A stretch of DNA of 64,000 nucleotides from Planctomycetota bacterium (lineage in GTDB: Bacteria; Planctomycetota; B15-G4): positions 1,824,001 through 1,888,000 of the forward strand of contig CBDFJQ010000002.1 in NCBI GenBank assembly GCA_965248575.1. Direction: 5' to 3'. Made by a program: the position numbers and the translations under genes. Below the pieces are notes generated by a model, which saw nothing but the letters and a program-made list of their open reading frames with translations, ran no database searches and was not told the DNA's origin. Shown one piece after another: positions 18,368-28,485 of this stretch. Within the stretch, counting starts at the first letter, position 1. Each line of letters opens with the position of its first letter.

Positions 18368-20065
18368 ATGTGCCCGCCCCCCGAGACGCAGTTCGCAGAC
18401 ATGGCCGTGGACGCACCGAGGCTCGAGGAGCTGCGTCAGAAGTTCGAACACATCGCGCGCCAACTCGTGGAGGAAGAGAGCGGCGAACGACGCGCAGCTG
18501 CTGTACGGGAATGGGACGCCTTGCGAGGTGAGGCCTCCACCTGGTTTGCGCTGGCTCACCTGCGCTTCAACCAGGACACGAGCGATGCTGCGGCACGCGC
18601 AGCCCGCGAGGAGGCCGATGCCTTCCTGCCCAGCTACACCGATCTCGAACTCAAGGTGAAGGCAGCCTTGCTGGAAAGCCCGCATCGAACGCAGCTCGAG
18701 CAACAGTTTGCAGCGGGCCATGCCTTTGACCTTTGGGAGCACGACGCCGCCGCCTTCCACACGGACATCGTGGACGACCTCGTGCATGAGCAGCAGCTCA
18801 TCGCCCGCTACGTCGAGCTCCTGGGCGGCGCGAGGGTCAGCTTCGACGGAAAGACCTGCGGTGTCTCGGAGCTCGTGGGCTACCAGGCACACCCCAAGCG
18901 GGACCTTCGACACGCCGCCGCGGCTGCGCTCTGGGGTTGGTTCGGCGAGAACCGTGCAGAGCTCGATGACATCTTCGACCAGCTGGTGGCCCTACGCAGC
19001 GAGATGGCCAAGACCCTGGGGCGCGCCAGCTTCGTGGAGGTGGGCTACGACCGGAAGCGCCGGGTCGATTACGGCCGCAAGGATGTCGAGGCCTTCCGCG
19101 CCCAGGTTCTCGAGGACGTGGTGCCGCTGTGCAAGGAACTCGCGCAGCGACAGGCAAAGGCCCTGGACATCGACAGCTTGCGAGCCTGGGACGAGAAGGT
19201 GCACCGCCCCCAGGGCGCGCCCATCCCCCGGGGCGATGCCGCATGGATGACCGCCCGGGCACAGGAGATGTTCGACAACATCCACCCGGAGCTGGCCGAC
19301 TTCTACCGGCTCATGGTGCGCAACGACCTGCTTGACCTGGAGTCCCGAGAAGGCAAGGCGTTCGGGGGCTTCTGCACCTGGTTCCCGAAGTACGGCATGC
19401 CCTATGTGTTTGCCAACTTCAACGGGACGCCGGGCGACGCCCGGGTCTTCACCCACGAGATCGGCCACGCCTTCCAACGGTACAAGAGCCGCAACAACTC
19501 CCTGCTGGACTATGTCGGCTGCACCTCGGAGTCGGCGGAAGTGCACTCCATGAGCCTGGAGTTCCTGTGTTGGCCTGAGATGGAGCGTTTCTTCGGGGAG
19601 GACGCCGACGACTTCAGGTCCCAGCACCTGGCAGAGCAGCTCATGTTCCTGCCGTACGGCGTGGCGGTGGATCACTTCCAGCACAGGCTGTACGAAGAAC
19701 CACAAGCGACACCGGCCGAACGCCACGCCATGTGGAAGGAGCTGGAAACGCTGTACGTCCCGTGGCGGAACTACGGGGACCTTTCCCACCCCAAGCAGGG
19801 TGGATACTGGCAGTACCAACGGCACGTCTACGCCTACCCGTTCTACTACATCGACTACACCCTCGCGGCGACCTGCGCGCTGCAGCTCTGGAGCCGCGCC
19901 CGCGCCGACCGCCAGGGTGCCTTGAAGGCCTACGTGGAGCTGTGTGCCACAGGCGGCGCAAAGCCCTTCCGCAAGCTCGTGGACTCCGTTGGCCTCACCT
20001 CGCCCTTCGAGCCAGGCTGCCTCGCGGGTGTCGTCAGCGATGCGCGCAGCGTCTTGGGTCTCTGA
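18368..20065 (+). CDS. M3 family oligoendopeptidase (PepF-like)
   Basis: GKAFGGFCT, FANFNGT..D..VFTHEIGHAFQ (HExxH), AEVHSMSLEF, VDHFQH, YPFYYIDY. Confidence 0.93.
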   Translation: MCPPPETQFADMAVDAPRLEELRQKFEHIARQLVEEESGERRAAAVREWDALRGEASTWFALAHLRFNQDTSDAAARAAREEADAFLPSYTDLELKVKAALLESPHRTQLEQQFAAGHAFDLWEHDAAAFHTDIVDDLVHEQQLIARYVELLGGARVSFDGKTCGVSELVGYQAHPKRDLRHAAAAALWGWFGENRAELDDIFDQLVALRSEMAKTLGRASFVEVGYDRKRRVDYGRKDVEAFRAQVLEDVVPLCKELAQRQAKALDIDSLRAWDEKVHRPQGAPIPRGDAAWMTARAQEMFDNIHPELADFYRLMVRNDLLDLESREGKAFGGFCTWFPKYGMPYVFANFNGTPGDARVFTHEIGHAFQRYKSRNNSLLDYVGCTSESAEVHSMSLEFLCWPEMERFFGEDADDFRSQHLAEQLMFLPYGVAVDHFQHRLYEEPQATPAERHAMWKELETLYVPWRNYGDLSHPKQGGYWQYQRHVYAYPFYYIDYTLAATCALQLWSRARADRQGALKAYVELCATGGAKPFRKLVDSVGLTSPFEPGCLAGVVSDARSVLGL

Positions 20066-20095
20066 CGGCCCGTTTTGTCGAGGCTCTGATAATCT

Positions 20096-23000
20096 GTGCG
20101 CCCCATGACGACTCTCCGCGCACGCACGACACTCCGACCATCCCCCGCTCTCTCTTCACGCCCTCTCGTGCTGCTCGCTCTCCTGCTCGGAAGCCTCATC
20201 CAGGGGCCCAGCGCAGTGGCGCAGGCGCTCAGCGCGGAAAGCGTGCATGCCCTGGCGCTCCCCGCTGGGCGGCCAGAGTCCTTCGTCGTCGAGCTGTTGC
20301 TTCATGGACAAGCCCAGACCCTGCTGCTGGAGCGGCACTCCCTGCGCGGGCCGGGCTTCCGCGTCAAGGCCTGGAGCCCGCGCGGGATGCAGCTCGTCGA
20401 CCCAGCGCCTTCCGGCACCTATCGCGGACAGGTGCTGCAGTCACCCGGCAGCACCGTGTTGGCTAGTCTCACGGAGCAGGGGCTCTCGGCGCTCATTCTC
20501 GGGGCGGACGGCCGTCAACTCCAGCTGCGCCCGCTGGCTGCCGAAATCCCCGGCACGCCCCGCGAGTTGCACGCCCTCGATCATCTGGGTGACGGGCTCG
20601 GCAACGGCACGCCCAACGACTTCCTGTGCGCCTCGGACATCCTCGAATCGCCAGCTGCCCTACCCCCGGCGGGCAGCGGCGGCCCGGCCCCCAACGAGCA
20701 GCTCACCTTCGGCCAGGTCCCAGGGGCCGGCGCTGCGAACGCCCCCCAGCTGGGGGGCGCCCAACCTTCCGGCGCACGGGCAAAAACCAAGGGCAAACCA
20801 AGCGCTGGCCCACCCCTCTCCTGCGTCACGATCTGCGAACTCGCCTTCGACTGCGACTTCGAGTACTTCCAGGCCAAGGGCTCTGACATCGCCTCCGTGC
20901 TGGACAGCGTCGAAGCCCACATGAACCAGGTGGACTGGTACTACGCCCGCGACACCAAGATCACCTACCACATCCCAGAAGTCGTCGTCCGCACTGCCCC
21001 TTTCTACGCACCCGTCAGCGGCGGTGACCTCCTCAACCAGTTCCGCGACGAGTGGAACACCAATCAGACAGGCGTCAAGCGGGACATCGCCCAACTACTG
21101 ACGGGCAAACCGGGAAGCCTGATCGAGTTCGGCGGCTTGGCCTTCGTGGGCGTCATGTGCAGTTCCTCCGGCTACGGCTGGAGCATGGACAACACCAACG
21201 CCTTGGGGCATGAGATCGGCCACAACTGGGGCTCGAGCCACTGCCACGACGCCAGCCCCTGCAACAACATGTGCGGCGGCTGCTTCTACATCGCGCCCAA
21301 CACCAAGGACATCATCACGGCGACCCGCGACAGCGCCCCGTGCCTGCAGACGTTGGGCCATTACGTCACGCCGCTTCCGCCCTACGCGCATCCGGAGTCC
21401 CTCAGTGTCCGCAAGGACGAGCTGTCGAGCTTGGGACCCGTGGCCTTCGACGTGCTTGCCAATGATCACGACGTGAACTGCCAAGAGCTCAGCCTGGAGA
21501 GCTTCTCCAGCGCGGGAAGCCAGGGCGGGGCCCTCAGTCTCTCGGCAGGCACGGGACCCCAGGGTCGTGACGAGCTCATCTACCAAGCGCCTAGCGCTCC
21601 TTTCCTCGGGGACGACGCCTTCACCTATGTGGTGCGTGACTCGGGGGGTAAGTCTGCCCAGGGCAGCGTCCGAGTCAGCTCACGCCCCAACGTGTTGGCG
21701 GGCCAATGGAAGCTGGACGAAGCGAACGGCACGCTCGCTTCGGACTCCACCACCATGGGCCACGACGGCACCACCAGCGGCGGGCCGCTCTGGACTGCGG
21801 GCCAGATTGACGGTGCCCTCCTGTTCGATGGGTTAGACGATGCCGTCACCCTGCCCGCGCTGAATCTCGCCACCGACCAGCTGAGCATCACCGCCTGGAT
21901 GCGACGCAGCGGCGCCCAAGCGGCCTTCGCCGGCGTGGTCTTCCAACGGGCTGGCAGCACCGTGGCCGGGCTCAACTTCGGCACCAACAACGAACTCCGC
22001 TACCACTGGGACGGTGCAGCCCAGTCGTACAATTGGAACTCGGGCCTGGTCGTCCCCAACGCCACATGGGTCTTCGTGGCCCTCGTGGTGGAAGCACACC
22101 AGGCCACGATCTACCTGCACGACGGTGTGCTGCAAAGCGCGGTGAACGCCGTGCCCCATGTCGTCGAGGCCTTCGATGGCAGCCTGGCGCTGGGCCTCGA
22201 CCCCGGCTCCAACATCCGCGACTACCGGGGCCTGCTGGACGATGTGCGCATCTATGACCATGCCCTCGACCCGACGGCCGTCCTGGACGTCTACCAGCAT
22301 GGCGGGCGCGCCGAATCGCCGTCTCCCCCTGACGGCGGGAAGATGGCCGAGCCGGCCTGGGGCCTGAGCTGGCTGGCTGGGACCTTCGCCGACAGTCACG
22401 ACCTCTACCTCGGCACCGACTTCCTCGCCGTGCGCGACGCCACGCCCAGCGACGCCCCTTTCCAAGGCACCTTCGTCAGCACCGGGTACGTCCCGGCAGG
22501 GCTCGTGCCCGACACCACCCACTACTGGCGCGTCGACGAACGCATCGGCCCGGTCGTGCTGCCCGGGGAGGTGTGGCAGTTCCGCCCCGCCAAGCGCTTC
22601 CGCTGGGCCCTGGACGAGAGCTCCGGAACAGCGGCTGCCGAATCCATCGTCAACCAGGACGGTGTGTACTTCGGCAACCCGCAGCTGGGGCTGCCGGGGG
22701 CCAGCGCGCTGCTCGGATCCTCCGTGACCCTGGACGGTGTCAACGACCGCATGCGGGCCGACCCGCTCCAACTCAACACCAACACGGTCAGCATGACGGC
22801 CTGGGTCCGACGCGACGGTCTCCAACCCCAGTGGGCGCCCTTCATGTTCCAGCGCGGCGGCACCACCGCCGCCGGCCTGGGTCTGGGGTTCGGCAACGAG
22901 CTGCGATACCACTGGGACGGTGGCCAATGGCCCTGGGACTCCGGGCTGGAGCTGCCGGGTGGAGTCTGGACCTTTGTAGCCCTGAGCGTGGGCCCGAACC

Positions 23001-23215
23001 AGGCCACCATCGCCATGAGTGAAGGCGGTGTGCTGAAGTTCGCCACCCAGTCCGCGAGCCATGCGCCTGAGGCCTTCGACTCCGGCTTCGAGGTGGGCCG
23101 CGACCCTGGCTTCAGCGCCCGCTGGCTGCGGGGCGGTGTCGACGACGTGCGCGTCTATGCGGCCGAGCTGAGCCAGGCAGATCTCGAACGCCTGTACACC
23201 GAGACGCGGGATTGA
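20096..23215 (+). CDS. Secreted reprolysin/M12-like zinc metalloprotease with a cadherin-like domain and two LamG-like domains
   Basis: HEIGHNWGSSH metzincin motif; DVLANDHD...GDDAFTYVVRD; two WxLDE...GxxDDVRxY LamG repeats. Confidence 0.85.
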   Translation: MRPMTTLRARTTLRPSPALSSRPLVLLALLLGSLIQGPSAVAQALSAESVHALALPAGRPESFVVELLLHGQAQTLLLERHSLRGPGFRVKAWSPRGMQLVDPAPSGTYRGQVLQSPGSTVLASLTEQGLSALILGADGRQLQLRPLAAEIPGTPRELHALDHLGDGLGNGTPNDFLCASDILESPAALPPAGSGGPAPNEQLTFGQVPGAGAANAPQLGGAQPSGARAKTKGKPSAGPPLSCVTICELAFDCDFEYFQAKGSDIASVLDSVEAHMNQVDWYYARDTKITYHIPEVVVRTAPFYAPVSGGDLLNQFRDEWNTNQTGVKRDIAQLLTGKPGSLIEFGGLAFVGVMCSSSGYGWSMDNTNALGHEIGHNWGSSHCHDASPCNNMCGGCFYIAPNTKDIITATRDSAPCLQTLGHYVTPLPPYAHPESLSVRKDELSSLGPVAFDVLANDHDVNCQELSLESFSSAGSQGGALSLSAGTGPQGRDELIYQAPSAPFLGDDAFTYVVRDSGGKSAQGSVRVSSRPNVLAGQWKLDEANGTLASDSTTMGHDGTTSGGPLWTAGQIDGALLFDGLDDAVTLPALNLATDQLSITAWMRRSGAQAAFAGVVFQRAGSTVAGLNFGTNNELRYHWDGAAQSYNWNSGLVVPNATWVFVALVVEAHQATIYLHDGVLQSAVNAVPHVVEAFDGSLALGLDPGSNIRDYRGLLDDVRIYDHALDPTAVLDVYQHGGRAESPSPPDGGKMAEPAWGLSWLAGTFADSHDLYLGTDFLAVRDATPSDAPFQGTFVSTGYVPAGLVPDTTHYWRVDERIGPVVLPGEVWQFRPAKRFRWALDESSGTAAAESIVNQDGVYFGNPQLGLPGASALLGSSVTLDGVNDRMRADPLQLNTNTVSMTAWVRRDGLQPQWAPFMFQRGGTTAAGLGLGFGNELRYHWDGGQWPWDSGLELPGGVWTFVALSVGPNQATIAMSEGGVLKFATQSASHAPEAFDSGFEVGRDPGFSARWLRGGVDDVRVYAAELSQADLERLYTETRD

Positions 23216-24324
23216 ACTCCAGTCAGCGCAGCGCAGCCTCCGACCTGCCGGCCGAGGGGCGGCTGCACTGCCTCGATGCCCTGCGCGGCTTCGACATGAT
23301 CTGGATCGTCGGCGGACGGGAAGTTGTCGATGCCTGGGCGGAAGCCACTGGCGCGCCCGCACTCCAGACCCTCGCGGGCCAGCTGCGGCACGTGGAGTGG
23401 CATGGCTTCAGCGCCTGGGACCTCGTGTTCCCGCTCTTCTTGTTCATCGCTGGCGTGGCCATGCCTTTCAGCCTCGCGCGGCGGGTCGAGCGAGGCGACC
23501 TGCGAGCATTGCTGGCCCGGCATGTCGTGCGGCGCGGCCTGGTCCTTGTGGCCTTGGGCGTGCTCTACAACATCCGCGAGGACTCGCTCGAGAACCATCG
23601 CTTCGCCAGCGTGTTGGGACGCATCGGCCTGGGCTACCTCGGGGCGGGCCTGATCGTCGTGCGCTGGCGAGTGCGCGGGCAGCTGGCCTGGGCAATCGGC
23701 ATCCTGCTCGCCTATGCCGCAGCGTTGAGCTGGGTCCCCGTCCCGGGCCACGGTGCGGGGGACCTCGCTCCGGGCAACAATCTCACGGATTGGGTCGACC
23801 AACAGCTGCTCCCGGGCCGCCTGCATCGCGGCAATCGGGACCCCGAGGGTCTGCTCGGCGCTCTCCCGGCAGTGTCAACAGCGTTGCTCGGCGCCCTGAC
23901 GGGTGCTTGGCTGCGAGGACGCGCTCGGGACACGGCCAGCAGCCTCGGCCTTGGGCTCGCGGGTCTGGCTTGCCTCGGTCTCGGTGCGGCCTGGGCCGAG
24001 GTGCTGCCTCTCAACAAGAACCTCTGGACCAGTTCATTCGTGCTCTGGACAGCCGGCTGGAGCCTGATCGCCCTGGCTGTGTTCCATCAACTCGTGGATG
24101 TTTGGCGACAGGGCCGGCTCGTGTTTCCGCTCACCGTGATCGGCATGAACGCCATCACCATCTACCTGGCAGAACATTGGCTCCCGCTCGGCTCGTGGTT
24201 CGAAGCGTGGTTCCCGCAGACCTACAAGGGAGCGCCACTCGTCACCCTGTTGGGCCTGGGGCTCGCCGCCCATTGGCTGGTGCTGTACGCCCTGTGGAGA
24301 CGCCGCTGGTTCCTGCGGGTCTAG
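23212..24324 (+). CDS. HGSNAT/NagX-like membrane acyltransferase (DUF5009-like)
   Basis: LDALRGFDMIWI, WDLVFPLFLFIAG, VLGRIG, DPEGLL, PLNKNLWTSSFV, GMNAITIY. Confidence 0.88.
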   Translation: MNSSQRSAASDLPAEGRLHCLDALRGFDMIWIVGGREVVDAWAEATGAPALQTLAGQLRHVEWHGFSAWDLVFPLFLFIAGVAMPFSLARRVERGDLRALLARHVVRRGLVLVALGVLYNIREDSLENHRFASVLGRIGLGYLGAGLIVVRWRVRGQLAWAIGILLAYAAALSWVPVPGHGAGDLAPGNNLTDWVDQQLLPGRLHRGNRDPEGLLGALPAVSTALLGALTGAWLRGRARDTASSLGLGLAGLACLGLGAAWAEVLPLNKNLWTSSFVLWTAGWSLIALAVFHQLVDVWRQGRLVFPLTVIGMNAITIYLAEHWLPLGSWFEAWFPQTYKGAPLVTLLGLGLAAHWLVLYALWRRRWFLRV

Positions 24325-24352
24325 TCGGCACGGCGCGCGGCGGGCACGCCCC

Positions 24353-25348
24353 TCAGCCCAAGGCCGACTCCACGGCAGACTCCAGGGCCTTCCAGAAGGC
24401 TTCCAAAGGGAACTCTCTCTGCTTGCGGCTCCAGGCGTTCTCCGCCAGGACGCGACGTGTGGCCTCATCCGTGAGCAGTTGCTCCACGCGACGCGCCATC
24501 TCGTCCTCATCCCGGACGATGTAGCCGGTGTGGCCAGCGACGATCTGCTCCGGGCAGGCGTTGATGATCGACTCGCCATCCGGTTGTAGACCGATGCAGG
24601 GCACACCGTGCGCGGCTGCCTCCAAGAGCGTCAACGAGTAGTGCTCCGAGCGGGACGCCGTCAGGAACACACTCGCCGATCGGAAGCACTCCGCCACGTC
24701 CGCCAGATGCCCCTCGAACTGCACCTCAGCTGCGATGCCGAGTTGGGCGCACTGCAGCTCGAGCTCGGCCCGGCACGGGCCATCCCCGACGACCCGCAGC
24801 GTCCAGGCGCTGCTGGAGAGTCGAGCCACGGCGCGCAGCAGGAAGGCCACGTCCTTGCTCGGGATCAGCCGACCCACCCAGAGCAACTGCGCCGGGCGTG
24901 GCCGCTGGAACTCCGGCCTCGGGCTGTCTTCAAAGGCGCGCGAGACGTAGACCGCCAACAGCGCCTTGGACTTCAGGCACATGTCGTACGTGCGCTCCAG
25001 GAGCGAGAGCGCGGCGGGGGTGAAGCGCAGCACCCGATCACACGCCTCGAGCGCCCAACGCTCCAACGCGGCGTCTGCAGCCAGGGCATCCAAGGGCGCG
25101 TAGAAGAAGCGCTTCGCCAGGTGCTGCACCTCTCGCAAGAGAGCCAGGTCGGAGCCATACACCAGGTCCACCGGGGTCAGCTGCTCTGGGCGAAGACGTT
25201 GCAGTCCTGGGGGGAGCGCTCGCTCGCACTGCCGAGAGACCAGGACGACCTCGTGTCCGTGCAGGAGGAACAGCTCGGCCACGTCCACGATGTAGCGGCT
25301 GCTACCGTCCCACGCGCCGAGCCGATCGTGCACGATCGCGACCCTCAC
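24353..25348 (-). CDS. Glycosyltransferase family 4
   Basis: LWVGRLIPSK, VVGDGP, SRSEHYSLTLLEAAAHGVP (Ex7E). Confidence 0.88.
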   Translation of the reverse strand: MRVAIVHDRLGAWDGSSRYIVDVAELFLLHGHEVVLVSRQCERALPPGLQRLRPEQLTPVDLVYGSDLALLREVQHLAKRFFYAPLDALAADAALERWALEACDRVLRFTPAALSLLERTYDMCLKSKALLAVYVSRAFEDSPRPEFQRPRPAQLLWVGRLIPSKDVAFLLRAVARLSSSAWTLRVVGDGPCRAELELQCAQLGIAAEVQFEGHLADVAECFRSASVFLTASRSEHYSLTLLEAAAHGVPCIGLQPDGESIINACPEQIVAGHTGYIVRDEDEMARRVEQLLTDEATRRVLAENAWSRKQREFPLEAFWKALESAVESALG

Positions 25349-25388
25349 GAGTGCCGCCCTGCGCCGCGGGACTGCCCGTCAGTCCCTC

Positions 25389-26435
25389 TCATGTGGCATA
25401 CCGCCCCGGGCCGTCCCGCAGCGGATTGGCAAGGCGATGGTCGATGCAACGGTCGAGACCCGTAGCCAGATCGATCTCGGTCTTCCAGCCCAGCAGGCGC
25501 GCTGCCTGGGCGGGATCGCAGACGAGGCGGTCCACCTCTGATGCTTCGGGCCTCAGGCGCCGCGCGTCGTGCTCCACCCGACCCCGCGCGCCGCCGCAGC
25601 GACCAGACACACGGTCCAGGATCTGCTCCGCCAGGTCCCCCATGCGCACGCCGACCCCGGAGCCGAGATGAATCGTGTGCCCCACCACATCCGACGCGTC
25701 GCACGCAGCCAGGAAGGCCCGGGCCGTATCCTCAACGAACACGAAGTCACGCACGGGGTCCTGTGCTCCCATCTGGACCGCGCCTCCCTGCAGGGCCTGG
25801 GCGACCAACGAAGGGATCACCGCGCGCGCCGATTGGCGTGGTCCATAGGTGTTGAACGGACGCAAGGTCACCACCGGCATGTCGAAGCTGCGGGCGTAGC
25901 TGCTCGCGAGCATGTCCCCGGCCACCTTGCTGGCGGCGTAGGGCGACTGAGCGTTCAGGGGATGCTGTTCATCCATGGGCACCCGTTGTGCGCTGCCATA
26001 GCACTCCGACGTCGACGTGTGAATCACACGCGCTACGTCAAACCGTCGGGCGGCCTCAAGCATGTTCAGGGTGCCCGTGACGTTCGTCTCCACATAGCTC
26101 CTGGGCGCCGCGTAGGAGTACGGAATGCCGATCAAAGCCGCCAGGTGCAAGACCAGCTCCTGTCCTTCTGTGAAACGAACCATGAGCTCTGCGTCACGCA
26201 CGTCACCGGCCACGATCTCGATGGACTCACGCACGTCAGTGGAGAGCGTGTCCAACTGACCGGCGCCGCCGTCGGACCGATAGTGCACCAAGGCGCGCAC
26301 CCGGGCGCCGGCGCGCACCAAGGCCTCCACCACGTGCGAACCGATGAAGCCGCCAGCTCCCGTCACCAGCGCGGGGCGCCCGCGTAAGGGCAAGGCCCCC
26401 GCCTGTTCGTGTTCGATGGGTGCGCCCCCACTCAT
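25389..26435 (-). CDS. NAD-dependent nucleotide-sugar 4,6-dehydratase/epimerase (LegB-like)
   Basis: VTGAGGFIGSH, HLAALIGIPYSY, TSTSECYG, SPYAASK, RPFNTYGPRQSARAVIP; ATG 26435 overlaps the upstream stop (ATGA). Confidence 0.9.
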   Translation of the reverse strand: MSGGAPIEHEQAGALPLRGRPALVTGAGGFIGSHVVEALVRAGARVRALVHYRSDGGAGQLDTLSTDVRESIEIVAGDVRDAELMVRFTEGQELVLHLAALIGIPYSYAAPRSYVETNVTGTLNMLEAARRFDVARVIHTSTSECYGSAQRVPMDEQHPLNAQSPYAASKVAGDMLASSYARSFDMPVVTLRPFNTYGPRQSARAVIPSLVAQALQGGAVQMGAQDPVRDFVFVEDTARAFLAACDASDVVGHTIHLGSGVGVRMGDLAEQILDRVSGRCGGARGRVEHDARRLRPEASEVDRLVCDPAQAARLLGWKTEIDLATGLDRCIDHRLANPLRDGPGRYAT

Positions 26436-27685
26436 GGTTTCAGGTCCGCAGCTTGTCCTGGACCTGAAGAGGGAGAAGAAGAAGCTCGCTGCGATGGGCC
26501 ACGGGGCAGCGCCTTGAGGAGCGTCCGGCACACGCGGCGCACCTGCGCGGCCTCGAGGCGTGCGTGAAGCGGCAGGCTGAGCAGACGCGGCGCGAGCCCC
26601 TCGGTGATGGGCAAGCCCGGCAATGGGTCGGCAGGGCCTGGCCTCGCAACGTCCGGCAGCGGTGACCGGTAGGCCGTGAGCTGGTGGATTGGTGGATAGT
26701 GAACGCTGGTCTGGATGCCCGCTCGTGTCAGCGCCTCGCGGACCGCGTCACGCGCACAGGTTTCAGGCAGGAGCACCACCATGAGATGGCAGGCCGATGC
26801 AGCCTCATCTCCTGCGAGCGGAATCTCCAGGGTTGCGCCCAGCTCCTGGGCGTAAAGCCGCCGCAATTCCCGGCGCCGCTCGTTGCCCCGCGCCAGCTTG
26901 CGCAGTTGCACTCGACCCAGGGCCGCCTGCATCTCCGTCAGACGCGCATTCACACCGTGCATCTGGACATCGTCAGCACTCGCTGACAGCTGGGCCTCCG
27001 GCCCATCGTGCGCCCGGGCATGGCTGCTGCGCGGGCGGCCGTGGGATCGAAGCGCGCGGCACATCTCGGCCCACTCCTGCCGCTTGGTGAGCAGCATGCC
27101 TCCCTCCCCCGTGGCCAGGTTCTTGTTGGCGTAGAAGCTGAAGCAGGCGATATCTCCCAGGGCGCCCACCCCAGGCGTCCCCGCTGCATGGGCGGCGTCT
27201 TCGACAAGCGCCAGGCCGTGGCTGTCGGCCAAGGCGCGCAGGGCGCGCATGTCGCACAGGCTCCCGCCATAGTGCACCGGAAGCAGGGCGCGCGTTTTGG
27301 GCCCCAGACGCCGTGCAACATCGGCAGGGTCCAGCAGCGGGTGCGCTCCAGAGCAGACGTCCGCGAACACCGGCTGCGCTCCGCATTGGACAACCGCATT
27401 CGCCGTCGCCACGAAGGTCAAGGACGGCAACACCACCTCATCGCCAGGGCCGACACCTGACGCGCGTAGCGCCAGCACCAAGGCCGCAGAGCCGGACTGA
27501 ACGGCAACAGCCTGCGCTGGCTGCCCCGCTGGCGCCCCCCCTCGCTCGTCGTGAGCCACGGCGAACTCTTGCTCGAAGGCTTCCGTCTCTGGCCCCAGGG
27601 ACAGCCATCGAGAGACAAGCACAGCTTGAACGGCCGCTTCCTCTTCGCCGTCGTAGTCGAGTTCGCTGAGGGGAATGCTCCACAT
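26432..27685 (-). CDS. DegT/DnrJ/EryC1/StrS aminotransferase
   Basis: WLSLGP, PSLTFVATANA, VEDAAHA, FSFYANKNLATGEGGM (PLP Lys); start moved to MWSIPL. Confidence 0.92.
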   Translation of the reverse strand: MWSIPLSELDYDGEEEAAVQAVLVSRWLSLGPETEAFEQEFAVAHDERGGAPAGQPAQAVAVQSGSAALVLALRASGVGPGDEVVLPSLTFVATANAVVQCGAQPVFADVCSGAHPLLDPADVARRLGPKTRALLPVHYGGSLCDMRALRALADSHGLALVEDAAHAAGTPGVGALGDIACFSFYANKNLATGEGGMLLTKRQEWAEMCRALRSHGRPRSSHARAHDGPEAQLSASADDVQMHGVNARLTEMQAALGRVQLRKLARGNERRRELRRLYAQELGATLEIPLAGDEAASACHLMVVLLPETCARDAVREALTRAGIQTSVHYPPIHQLTAYRSPLPDVARPGPADPLPGLPITEGLAPRLLSLPLHARLEAAQVRRVCRTLLKALPRGPSQRASSSPSSGPGQAADLKP

Positions 27686-27738
27686 GGCCCGTGATCTTAG
27701 CCCCCTGCGACGCCCAGAAGCACGCCGTGCAGCGCTGC

Positions 27739-28485
27739 TCAGGGAGCAGGCTTGCGCAGCAAGACGGCGCGATGCGTCCAGGCAGGCGGCGCCTCGCCAT
27801 CGGCCCCGCTGCTCCCGCCATAGTGCTGCACGATGGCGAGGCTGTCCCAGACCGGCTCCCATTCGGGAAAGAGGGCCTCGGCCCGCAGCGGGTCTCCCCC
27901 CGCGAAGTCCAAGGCATGCAGCCGATCCCAGAAGAACAGATGGCCGCCGGCAGCCAAGGCGAGCTTCATGCGAGCGCACAGCGCTTGCCGGGCGTCGTCC
28001 CCGCGCACGCTCGAAAACACCGTACACGCAGACATCCAGTTGACAGCAACCGGCGGCAGCTCCCACGAGAGCCCACTGCTTGAATCTGCCCCCTCCGCAG
28101 AACCCGCCATGAAGAAGCGGATGTTTGGGTGCAGTTGCCGTGCCCGATCAAGGGCCCCGGCCCGGAGATCCACCCCGCACAGCTGCTCCGGCCGCAGACC
28201 CAACTCGAGATACATGCGCGTCGAGCGCCCATTGCCACAACCCACGTCCAGGACGCGGAGCGACTCCAGGGCGGCTTGCTGTTCCTGCGGATCGCCCTGT
28301 CCTGCCGACACACCTAGCGCGTGGCGCATGGCTCCCGCCAGGCGTCGCAGGAGTTCGATGCGATGTTCCAACTCCGCCTCGCGAAGCAGCGGATTCCAGG
28401 TATCGCTGCTTCCCGGCTCCAGGGCCTCGTAGTCATCGAGCACCTGCTGAAACCGTCGCAGCGGGTCTTCGCCTGTCCTGCTCAT
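27739..28485 (-). CDS. Class I SAM-dependent methyltransferase
   Basis: RVLDVGCGNG, GVDLR, TVFSSV, LAAGGHLFFWD; ATG 28485 overlaps the upstream TGA. Confidence 0.82.
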   Translation of the reverse strand: MSRTGEDPLRRFQQVLDDYEALEPGSSDTWNPLLREAELEHRIELLRRLAGAMRHALGVSAGQGDPQEQQAALESLRVLDVGCGNGRSTRMYLELGLRPEQLCGVDLRAGALDRARQLHPNIRFFMAGSAEGADSSSGLSWELPPVAVNWMSACTVFSSVRGDDARQALCARMKLALAAGGHLFFWDRLHALDFAGGDPLRAEALFPEWEPVWDSLAIVQHYGGSSGADGEAPPAWTHRAVLLRKPAP

